This document shows, one piece after another, positions 50,519 through 59,900 of a stretch of 64,000 bases of DNA. The number at the start of each line of letters is the position of its first letter. Within the stretch, counting starts at the first letter, position 1. The stretch covers positions 7,540 to 71,539 of the forward strand of contig CAYZKD010000001.1 in NCBI GenBank assembly GCA_964479375.1, given 5' to 3'. The notes beneath the pieces are model-generated. The model saw only the letters and a list, made by a program, of their open reading frames with translations. It ran no database searches and was not told the DNA's origin. Source of the DNA: an uncultured Candidatus Saccharibacteria bacterium. Its GTDB lineage: Bacteria; Patescibacteriota; Minisyncoccia; Minisyncoccales; GWA2-38-27. A program made the position numbers and the translations under genes.

Positions 50519-51427
50519 TCAGGGAGATGAGCGGTCAGAGTCCTGCGCTCCAAGTTCTTTTACCAATTTTTCCGCCTCTTTCTGGTTCCTAATCCAATGA
50601 ACCTCTTTTTCTTTTTTAAACCAAGTCATTTGGCGTTTGGCAAAATGCTCTATGTCTTTTTGCAGCCTCTCTTCCATTTTTTCGCGGCTGATTTTCCCTT
50701 GAAGATATCTGGCTATCCATCTGTACTCAAGACCAAAACTTTCCAGTCTTTTCCAAGAGAGGCCTGAGTTTCTTAATCTTTTTACCTCGGCCATTAATCC
50801 TTCTTGCAACTCCTTTTTTAATCTTTTTTTTATTCTTTTCTTTAGTTCTTTCGGGCCTCTTTTTACGCCTAATACCAGGATACTCCATCGGGGAGGAGAT
50901 TTCTCGATTAAAGGAACGGGCCCCCTTGTTTTATGGACGATTTCAAGTGCCCTTATCAGCCTCCTTTTATTGTGTCTGTCTATGTTTTTAGCCCTCCGCG
51001 GATCTTTCTTTTGTAAGAAGGAGAAAAGTTGCTGCGGGGTTTTCTTTTCCAGATTTTTTCTCAATTTCCAGTCAGGTTTTACTTTCGGGATTTTAATTCC
51101 GTCTATTATAGTTTGGATGTAAAAAGCAGTTCCTCCCACCAGAAAGGGGACATTTCCTTTTTTCTGGATTCTCTTTATAGCCCTAAGAGCTCTTTTTTTA
51201 AATTGGGCTATTGTGAATTTTCTCTTAGGAGAAGCTACATCCAGAAGATGATGGGGGACCCCCTGCATTTCTTTTTTTGTTATCTTTCCTGTGCCTATAT
51301 CCATTCCTTTGTAAACTTGCCTGGAGTCGGCAGAAACCACCTCTCCCCTAAATTTTTTAGCCAGTGCTATAGAAAGATCTGTTTTTCCGGCAGCGGTTGG
51401 ACCTAAAATTACAACTAATTTTTTCAT
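50519..51427 (-). CDS. miaA: tRNA dimethylallyltransferase
   Basis: GPTAAGKT, SADSRQVY.GMDIGTGK, AKRQMTWF; start probably ATG 51427. Confidence 0.96.
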   Translation of the reverse strand: MKKLVVILGPTAAGKTDLSIALAKKFRGEVVSADSRQVYKGMDIGTGKITKKEMQGVPHHLLDVASPKRKFTIAQFKKRALRAIKRIQKKGNVPFLVGGTAFYIQTIIDGIKIPKVKPDWKLRKNLEKKTPQQLFSFLQKKDPRRAKNIDRHNKRRLIRALEIVHKTRGPVPLIEKSPPRWSILVLGVKRGPKELKKRIKKRLKKELQEGLMAEVKRLRNSGLSWKRLESFGLEYRWIARYLQGKISREKMEERLQKDIEHFAKRQMTWFKKEKEVHWIRNQKEAEKLVKELGAQDSDRSSP

Positions 51428-52650
51428 AATTTCCCTGCAAGGCCCCAAGAAAGAGCCTTTGTTATTTCAACTTTTACAAATTGGCCCGTATAGTCTTTTT
51501 CAGACAGGAATTTCACTGTTTTATGAGTCCTGTTTTTTCCTATGCAAAAACCCTGTTGGCAATCAGAGACCAAAACCTTCTCTGTTTGGCCTATCTGTTT
51601 TTTGTTTTTTTTCAAAGCGCAACTTTTCAGAATTTCTGTTAACATTTTCTCTCTTCTGTCCTTTTCTTCAGGAGAAACGCTGTCTTTTAATTTTGAAGCA
51701 ACTGTGCCGTATCGAGCAGAGTATTTGGCGACATATGCCATGTCGTACTCTATTTCCTTGAATAGTTTCGCCGTATTGCTGAACTGTTCTTCGGTTTCGC
51801 CCGGAAAGCCCACTATAATGTCGGTGGATAGGGCTATATTCGGGATTTGCTTTCTTATTTTTTTTACCAAATCTTTGTATTGCTTTTCGGTATAGGGGCG
51901 TCTCATTTTTTTTAAGATGCTATTGTCTCCCGACTGGGCAGGAAGATTAAGGTATTCCGTAACTTTTTCAGAGTCAGCCATAATCTCGATAAGTTCTTTC
52001 GAAAAATCTTTAGGATGGGGGGAGGTAAACCTTATCCAAAAATTTCCCTTAATATCATTGACCATTCTTAAGAGATCAGGGAAGGTTGTTTCTTTGTCCT
52101 TGTAAGCGTTTACGTTTTGTCCTAATAGCCAAATTTCCTTATAATTCTTCTGTACCAGACTTTTGATTTCTTTTATTATATCTTTTGCAGATCTGGAGAT
52201 TTCCCTTCCTCGGGTGTAGGGGACTACGCAATAAGCGCAAAAGTTGTTGCATCCTGTCATAATAGGAACAAGAGCGGAGAAGTTGTTGGAATAATTTGGT
52301 CTAATCTCCAGATAATTTCCGCAAGAATTTTCTGCTAAAAAATCGGGCCAGTTGGGTAATTCCGTTATGTCTAGCACATGGTCAAATATTTCTGCCAGTT
52401 TTCTTTTGTCTTTATTCAAAATACAGCCTGTGAGTATTGTTTTTTTATCCTTTAATTTTGGTGCTAGGCCGTAAACTCTGTCTACTGCCCTTTGTCTAAC
52501 AGAACACATGTTAACTATTATCAAGTCCGCCTCTCTTATGCTAGAAACCATTTTGTGCCCCGACCCCTTGAACGCGGCAGAAATTCTTTCGCTATCTGAT
52601 TTATTCATTTGGCAACCGAAAGTAATTATGTGGTATTTCATACTGAGCAT
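51424..52650 (-). CDS. miaB: tRNA methylthiotransferase MiaB
   Basis: TFGCQMN, radical SAM CNNFCAYC, TDIIVGFPGET, TRAM domain. Confidence 0.93.
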   Translation of the reverse strand: MLSMKYHIITFGCQMNKSDSERISAAFKGSGHKMVSSIREADLIIVNMCSVRQRAVDRVYGLAPKLKDKKTILTGCILNKDKRKLAEIFDHVLDITELPNWPDFLAENSCGNYLEIRPNYSNNFSALVPIMTGCNNFCAYCVVPYTRGREISRSAKDIIKEIKSLVQKNYKEIWLLGQNVNAYKDKETTFPDLLRMVNDIKGNFWIRFTSPHPKDFSKELIEIMADSEKVTEYLNLPAQSGDNSILKKMRRPYTEKQYKDLVKKIRKQIPNIALSTDIIVGFPGETEEQFSNTAKLFKEIEYDMAYVAKYSARYGTVASKLKDSVSPEEKDRREKMLTEILKSCALKKNKKQIGQTEKVLVSDCQQGFCIGKNRTHKTVKFLSEKDYTGQFVKVEITKALSWGLAGKL

Positions 52651-52688
52651 TTTATCTTTTTAGAAGATAGAAGACAAGAGAGTATAAT

Positions 52689-52716
52689 AAAACAGCCCTA
52701 CCTGAGGGCTGTTTTT
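52689..52716. terminator. Intrinsic terminator-like hairpin
   Basis: AAAACAGCCCT/AGGGCTGTTTT. Confidence 0.65.
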
Positions 52717-52724
52717 GTAAGAAG

Positions 52725-54347
52725 TTAATGGATTTTTTCTTTTTTTTCTTTAAGGAAATAACGCCATTGCTCTATGAACTCGATGAAGATCATAAAGGGC
52801 ATATCGATTAGAGCATTGAATACCGCAGAGATTACATTGTACCTTTTCCATCTAGTAGTAAGCCATTTGCCAAGTTGGACTACGGGGACGGCGAAGGGAT
52901 CGAAAATAAAGTGGAAGAAGGTCTCTTTTCTTTCGATTATCTGTAGCTCTTTTGCTCTTTGCCTTATTTTGGCCCCGGCGAAAGCGATTAAGGATAGGAA
53001 TACGATAAAGATAACGTAAGAGAGGGGAGGGAAGTTTGCTTGGTAAAGCCCCCATATTATTAAAGTCAAAAAGACAGCAGAGCTCAAAAGGTAAATAAAG
53101 TTGATTATAGAGCGAATAACAACACCTCCCTTGCGATAAGCTTTAACCTCGTAGATATCTTCCTCTTCTGTTTTGTAAGTTATTTTCATGACTTCAACTA
53201 TAACCCGCTGAAGATTTCCTTTCTTGGGGGGCTTGATGGAGATTACCAGACAAGCCATCAGTAGGGTGGGAATAAATATGTCCACCCCAATGGCGAATAA
53301 ACTAAAGTTACCCATTACATATTTTGAAAAGGGAATTTCAATGGCGAGCAAAGAAACGACGTTGGTTAAAAATATAGAAAGAGTGGAATAAAACGCAGCC
53401 CTTCCCAGTCGGGATTTCAGGGTTTTAAGGCGCCCCTTATATTTTTCTTTAACTTTTGTCTCTAGGGCCTCAGGGTTTCCTATCTTTTCTTCCGCTTCTG
53501 GAGGGGACTCTTCAATAATGTCGCCTAGCAGTAAGTAGGGAGTGTCGTATTTTTCACAAATCTGATAAAATTTGTCTCCCAGAGGGTGATTTAAGTCTTT
53601 TTCTACCCGATTCCAAATAGAGTAGATATTTTTAGTAACTTTTTCTGTTCCTTCCTGCGATTGGTTCTTCCAAGTAGGATAGTAGTATTTTAATAGATGG
53701 TAACTAATAACCGAGGAATCCAAATTAAACAGAGCTCTTTGGGAGGCAATATATGTTTGGATATTTCTTTCTTCTTCGGGCATACCATTCTTTACTATCA
53801 GCCCTTCGTTTACTCTTATTTTCTTTTTCATTTGAGAGAACATATAATCAATCAGCGCTCTTTCTTTGGAAACCGAAGTAAGAATTTCTTCTATCTCGCA
53901 GGCCGCTATAGAAAAAAGCCAGTTATAAAGCCTTATCTTGGATTTCTTTTTTGAAGCGGGGCTGTTGTTGATAATTTTTGTGTATTTTTCAATCGCTTTC
54001 TGAGCCTCTGCTATTTTTTCTTCTTCTATCTTGTCATTAGGAAAGTGACCGCTTCTGATAAGATCTAAAACCATGGGCTCTGCCAAATCCCCCACTGAAA
54101 AGTTCCCGCTTAGCAGGTCTGCTTTAGAATAGACCCTTCTTTTAAGTATTCTTTCTATCGCCCCTCTTTTAAGGAGATGCTCTTCTTTCCAGTCAATAAT
54201 CCCCCTTAACTTTTCATAAAAAGTCGCGACCTTTGAGGCCACTTCGTCTACATGGATGGTATTTGCTTCTTTCGAAGGCCTTAAGGACCAATACCAGGCC
54301 TTGTATCTGTCTATTAATTTTTGAGTTTCTTCTGAAATTCCCTTCAT
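52725..54347 (-). CDS. Conserved hypothetical membrane protein
   Basis: 540-aa ORF, soluble N-terminal domain plus 4-5 C-terminal TM segments; coupled to thrS. Confidence 0.75.
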   Translation of the reverse strand: MKGISEETQKLIDRYKAWYWSLRPSKEANTIHVDEVASKVATFYEKLRGIIDWKEEHLLKRGAIERILKRRVYSKADLLSGNFSVGDLAEPMVLDLIRSGHFPNDKIEEEKIAEAQKAIEKYTKIINNSPASKKKSKIRLYNWLFSIAACEIEEILTSVSKERALIDYMFSQMKKKIRVNEGLIVKNGMPEEERNIQTYIASQRALFNLDSSVISYHLLKYYYPTWKNQSQEGTEKVTKNIYSIWNRVEKDLNHPLGDKFYQICEKYDTPYLLLGDIIEESPPEAEEKIGNPEALETKVKEKYKGRLKTLKSRLGRAAFYSTLSIFLTNVVSLLAIEIPFSKYVMGNFSLFAIGVDIFIPTLLMACLVISIKPPKKGNLQRVIVEVMKITYKTEEEDIYEVKAYRKGGVVIRSIINFIYLLSSAVFLTLIIWGLYQANFPPLSYVIFIVFLSLIAFAGAKIRQRAKELQIIERKETFFHFIFDPFAVPVVQLGKWLTTRWKRYNVISAVFNALIDMPFMIFIEFIEQWRYFLKEKKEKIH

Positions 54348-56074
54348 TTTCTTTGTTCAATCTCCTTGTTGACTCTTCTAATGAAAGTTTTTAGTTTTAT
54401 CATTCCATCGTCCCCCTCTTTCCTTTTTCGTACTCTTACGGAATTACCCTTTTTTTCTTTATCTCCGACGACCAAGATATAAGGAATTTTTTGTTTCTCT
54501 CCCTCTCTTATTTTTTTGCCCACAGTCTCTGCTTGGGTTTTTGATTCGCTTCTTATGTTACTGCTATTTAATTCTTTCTGGATGTCTTCTGCATATTTTC
54601 GGTGGTCAGATCCTACTGGAACTATCCATACTTGGACGGGGGAGAGCCAGACTGGAAATGCGCCTGCGAAATGTTCGATAAGAAGAGCCATGATTCTTTC
54701 GTAAGATCCCAAAATAGCCCTATGAACCATCACCGGCGGCTGCTTCCTTCCCTTTTTGTCGACATAGGAGAGATTAAACCTTTTCGCGGTGGCAAAATCA
54801 ATCTGGACAGTAGGTATCTGGATTTCTTTGCCGAGAGCGTCTTTAAACATAAAATCTATTTTAGGGCCGTAATGAGCAGCCTCTCCTTCTATTTTTTTGG
54901 CTCCGAGTTTCATTTCTTTGCAAACCTCTTCCAGGATCTTTTCGCATTTGTCCCAGTCTTTTTTCTCCCCGATGTATTTTTCAGGATGTTCGTAGTCTCT
55001 GAGAGACAAAGATACCCAGTGGTTTCCCCACAATCCGAGCGATTTGTAAAACTTCTTGATAATTTTTACCATGTCTTTTATTTCATTCTTAATCTGTCCG
55101 ATGGCACAGAAGGAATGACCATCCTCTACGGTAATGGCGTAGACCCTGTTTAAGCCACCCACCTCTCCTGGCTTTTCTGCTCGGTATTGTTTTTCAGACT
55201 CCATGTATCTAATAGGGAGATCTCTGTAAGAGCGTGGTTTGGAAGCGTAGATTTGAGTTTGGTGGGGGCACTGGACGGGCTTTAGTACAAACTTGTGTCC
55301 TCTTTTAGAAGAAACATGAAACAGTTCTTCGTTAAATTTTTCTGCATGGCCTGAAATTTCAAACAACTTTATTTTCGCCAAGTGAGGAGTAATTACTTTT
55401 TGGAACCCATAGTCGTAGCAGATTGTTTCTACCTCTTTCTGCAGTTCTTCTTTGACAATTGTTCCCTTGGGAGTATAAAGGGGGAGGCCGGCTCCAACTA
55501 TATCTGAAAAACAGAATAAATCTAATTCTTTTCCCAGTTTCCTATGGTCTCTCTCCTTTGCTTCTTTTTGAAGATCAAGATATTTCTGGAGCTCATTTTT
55601 ATTTTCAAAAGCTAATCCGTAAATTCTGGTAAGCATGGGGTTCTTTTCGTTTTCTCTCCAATAAGCCCCGGCCACCTTTGTTAACTTAAAGCTATCAAAT
55701 TTTATCTTTCTGGTAGATTTAACATGAGGCCCCTTGCAAAGATCAATAAAATCTCCGCTTTCGTAAATAGTGACGCTCTTGGCAGGCATCTCTTTAATCA
55801 GTTCTTTTTTATAGGGCTGATCTTTAAAGAGGGTTCTTGCTTTTTCTTTAGAAACTACCCTTTTTTTGAAAAAAATATTTTGCTTGATAATTCTTTTCAT
55901 TTCCTTTTCTATCTTGGGCAAATCTTTAAGGGTGACTTTTTCTGGGAACTCTATATCGTAATAGAAGCCGTTTTCAATAGCGGGTCCTATGCCAAATTTG
56001 GCTCTTGGATAGAGGTTTTGAACGGCCGAAGCCAGAATATGGGCTAAGGAATGTCTAATAATATTTATTTCCAT
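54344..56074 (-). CDS. thrS: Threonyl-tRNA synthetase lacking the TGS domain
   Basis: RHSLAH, DLCKGPH, DHRKLG, YGPKIDF, HRAILGSYER. Confidence 0.97.
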   Translation of the reverse strand: MEINIIRHSLAHILASAVQNLYPRAKFGIGPAIENGFYYDIEFPEKVTLKDLPKIEKEMKRIIKQNIFFKKRVVSKEKARTLFKDQPYKKELIKEMPAKSVTIYESGDFIDLCKGPHVKSTRKIKFDSFKLTKVAGAYWRENEKNPMLTRIYGLAFENKNELQKYLDLQKEAKERDHRKLGKELDLFCFSDIVGAGLPLYTPKGTIVKEELQKEVETICYDYGFQKVITPHLAKIKLFEISGHAEKFNEELFHVSSKRGHKFVLKPVQCPHQTQIYASKPRSYRDLPIRYMESEKQYRAEKPGEVGGLNRVYAITVEDGHSFCAIGQIKNEIKDMVKIIKKFYKSLGLWGNHWVSLSLRDYEHPEKYIGEKKDWDKCEKILEEVCKEMKLGAKKIEGEAAHYGPKIDFMFKDALGKEIQIPTVQIDFATAKRFNLSYVDKKGRKQPPVMVHRAILGSYERIMALLIEHFAGAFPVWLSPVQVWIVPVGSDHRKYAEDIQKELNSSNIRSESKTQAETVGKKIREGEKQKIPYILVVGDKEKKGNSVRVRKRKEGDDGMIKLKTFIRRVNKEIEQRK

Positions 56075-56091
56075 TTTTTAGTACTTTTAGT

Positions 56092-56958
56092 TTAATACTT
56101 TTTTTTGGCAAAAGCCACACCAATGCTTTTATCGGCCCCTCCGTAGTAAATGAAATATTTATTTTTCATTTGTACTAACCCTTCTGCAAAAACTACGTAA
56201 TTAATTTTTCCATAACTTTCCCAGGAACTGGTGGGGGAGAGGATAGGATCCTCTTTCCTGGCTATTGCCTTACCGGGGTCATTTTTATCTAACATAGCGC
56301 ACCCTGCGCTGTATTCTTCGCCGTTAAAACTGTTATAAATTACAAAAATTCCTTTTTTGGTGATTATGGGGGCAGGACCCATCTCTACTAATCTTGAGTC
56401 GAAATGATCTCTTCTTGGCGTTAACACGGGCTTTTCTTGGGTCTGCCAATCCTTCAAGTTTCTAGAGGTGGCCAGATAGATGTTCGTATCTCCGTAGTAA
56501 AGGTAATATTTCCCTTTTATCTTTTTTGGCAAAAGAACGCCCGATTTTGCGTATTTCATCAATAAACCTTTCTTTTTCCAGTGGAGCAGGTCTTTAGACT
56601 CGGCTAAGGCAATGTGGCTTTTTCTTCCGGTAAAGGCCACATAGATCAGGTAATAAGTATCTTCAATTTTGGTTATTCTTGGATCCTCGCACCCTCTTTT
56701 TTCATATCTTCTTTCTGGCTTTATTACGGGCTCTTTTTTCCTCTCAAACTCTAATCCGTTTTTACTGACAGCCATTCCGATACTGGAAATATAGTCATTG
56801 TAATAGTGTTGTTCTGCTCGGTAATAAAGATAGACTTTGTTATTTTCTTTTAGAGCGGTTCCGTTGTAAGTTGCAGCGCTTTCAAATTTGTTGCTTCTAT
56901 AGGGATTAAGGACGGGGTTTTTCCTGTATTTCTTTACTTTTCCAATAGGCCACCTCAT
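56092..56958 (-). CDS. GH130-family glycoside phosphorylase/hydrolase
   Basis: NPVL, YYRA, GCEDPRIT, E.GPAPI, VVFAEG, YYGGAD. Confidence 0.85.
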   Translation of the reverse strand: MRWPIGKVKKYRKNPVLNPYRSNKFESAATYNGTALKENNKVYLYYRAEQHYYNDYISSIGMAVSKNGLEFERKKEPVIKPERRYEKRGCEDPRITKIEDTYYLIYVAFTGRKSHIALAESKDLLHWKKKGLLMKYAKSGVLLPKKIKGKYYLYYGDTNIYLATSRNLKDWQTQEKPVLTPRRDHFDSRLVEMGPAPIITKKGIFVIYNSFNGEEYSAGCAMLDKNDPGKAIARKEDPILSPTSSWESYGKINYVVFAEGLVQMKNKYFIYYGGADKSIGVAFAKKKY

Positions 56959-56962
56959 AAAA

Positions 56963-59900
56963 TCAGGAAGAATTTACAATTTCTTCGATCGCTTCTGCGA
57001 TAAGCTTTATTTCTCCCTGCCTGTCGTCTACTCTGGCTGAGACAAACACAACCTTATTCTCTTCAAAAACGTCAGGGTTTTTTTCCATAATGCTCGGGAA
57101 AACAACAACCTCTCTTTTGCCGGTCAGATCTTCTAATTGCATGAAGAGCATTGATTTTCCGTTTTTGGTAAGTATTTTTTTTATTCCAGAAATAATGCCG
57201 CCGACCCTTACTCTTCTATTGGTTAAGGAGGTTCCAATTTTCGCCAGAGAGAGCGCTCCCTCTTTAAAAACATTCCTGTAGTCTTCTAGGGGATGGGAGC
57301 TGATATAGAGCCCCAAAAGCTCTTTTTCCCAGCCTAGTTTTTTGAAATTGGAAACGGGTTCTGCCGAAGCCAGATTAAGGTGGTTATTAAACTTTGATCC
57401 GTCAAACAATCCTTTTTGGCCGTTCTCTTTAGATTTACTTTTTTCTCTAACGGCCTCTAAGACTCTTTCCATGTTTTGGAATAAGCGGTTTCTTTCCCCA
57501 AACTCGTCAAAGACCCCGGCTCTGATTAAGCTTTCTAAGGACTTCTTGTTTAAGACGCCGCTGTCCATTCTTTCTGCGAAATCCCCAATAGACTTGAAGG
57601 GGCCTCTCTCTTTTTTTTCTTTGACAATGGCGTCTACTACATTCTCTCCCACGTTTTTAATAGCCAAAAGCCCGAAGCGGATTTGTTTTTTATCAGGGAT
57701 TACAGTGAAGTTTTTTAAACTTTCGTTGAGACTGGGGGGGAGGGTTTCGATATCCATTTCGCGTGCGTTTTCTATAAGTATAGCAATCTTTTCTACGTCG
57801 TTTCTTTCAGAGGTCATTAAAGAAGCCATAAATTCTACCGGGTAGTGGGCCTTCAAATAGGCGGTCTGGTAGGCGATCATGGCATAGGCTGTCGAGTGCG
57901 AGTTATGAACAAAAATATCATTGGCTATGAAATTGTGAGTGTCTTTAATGGTCAGATCAAAGGTTTCCTCTGTTCCTTTGGGCGCAATGGAGGCGATCTC
58001 ATCCCAAAAAACATCAGAGGTGGCGTATTTTTCCAATTCCTTGCTATGCATTGATTGAGAAATAAAAGAAACGGCCTCTCTTAAATATCCCTTTTTCTCG
58101 GGATCTTTAAGAAACAATCTCTTTGAAAAACTGTTTTCTCTGCTTATCTGAGCGAAAGTTAGCATTTCTCTCTCGGCTGTCTGTCGCATAATGTCAACTA
58201 CAATATTTGCCGGTACAATATCTCTGCTTCCCCGGGCTGGCCATGGTTTTATGGTTCCGTTTAGAATTGGGTGGGCTTTCTTTATCTCTTCTAACACCCC
58301 CTTTTTTTCTTTCAGTGAATAGGGGCTGAGGTGCTTGATGAACTTTTGGATGTTGTCGTGGCGGCTGATATTAATTGTATATCCTATTTTCACCCCTTCT
58401 CTGTATCTGAATTTCTTTTTGTGGATAACCGAGATGATGCCTAGCCTGAGCAGCAGGCTCTGGAAGGCTTCGGCAATAGCAGCAGAGGACGTGGAGTAAA
58501 AGATAGCAGGGAGCTTGTTTTTGAAATTAATACAACCGTCACCCTGGAACATCTTGGCTGCAAGAAGAGCAACCTTTGATTCGGGAAGCTGGAAAACAAA
58601 TTCTGGTAGGAATTTTTGGGTTGCTTTCTTGTTGTGTAATCCCAGACCCCTGATCCATTCTACTGCTTCTGATTTTTCTTTTCTGTTTTTTCTTTTTGAG
58701 TAGACTGCAATGGCTTTCTTTTTGTAGTCTTTTCTTCCAAGAGTATTATCAAATTTTTCCAGGTAACGAATGTAGTCTTCTATCTCTTCCTTTGATTTTG
58801 AATAGAAATAGAAACCGCGAGGATGGCAGAAGTTGCCCTCGGCCAGAAGATAGCCCAAAATGGCGACCTTGTGGTCTTCAATGTCAACAGGCTTTGAGGG
58901 CTCTGGAACAATTCTCGGAGTTGCAACTCTTTCTCCAACCTTGATTTCCTCGAGCTTTTTCCAGCCATCCCCTGTAAGGAAGGGGTGGTTTTTGGTAACT
59001 TTTATTCTCTTTCCGGTTTTGGTTCTGACTTCAAATACAGGCTTCCTGCCATTTGAAAAAACATCAACTATTTTTGACTTCTTTATCTTGAGATCTTTGG
59101 AAAGGGAGAAAGCTCCTTTGGCTCGTTTTTTGTCGTTTAAAAGGTCTGTTACTTTCACCCTTTCGCCTGTTTCCGGGTTGATTATCTTTGTGTCGCCGGT
59201 TACGCACTTGTTAAAGCCATAGCGGGCAAAAGGCAAGATCCATTGCCAGATCTTTTCGCCCACTTCTTTTTTTATACCGTTTTTTACAGTGCCCTCGATA
59301 AACTTTTTCTTCTGGCCATGAAGCAATTTTTCTATTTTCTTTCCCACCGCTTTTCTCAAGATATCTGCTTCTGAGAGAGTAAACCCCGCTATTTCCCTGG
59401 CAATTCTCATCAACTGCTCTTGATAAATGCAGATACCGTTTGTTTCTTCAAGGATGGGTTTTAGTTTTGGGTGTAGATACTCGGTTTTCTGACGACCGTG
59501 TCTTCTTTCAATAAAATCAGGAAGAAACTGCATGGGTCCTGGGCGATAAAGGGCAACCATCGCGATGATGTCTTCAAACTTAACAGGCTTTAGCTGCTTG
59601 AGAAATCTCCTAATCCCGCCTCCTTCCAGTTGGAATACTCCTGTCGTATTTCCCTGCTGCAGAAGTTGAAAGGTTTTCTCGTCGTCTAGGGGTATTTCTT
59701 CGATATCTACTTTTTCTTTGTTTCTTACTACATAGATTCTGGCCAAAGTGTCCTCAATGATGGTAAGATTTTTTAGGCCCAAAAAATCCATTTTCAATAA
59801 TCCCAAATCTTCAATGGCGTGCATTTCATACTGGGTTACTATAGTTTCATCGTTTTGGGTGGGGCGTTGAAGAGGAACTGAATTAGTAAGAGGGTCTGCC

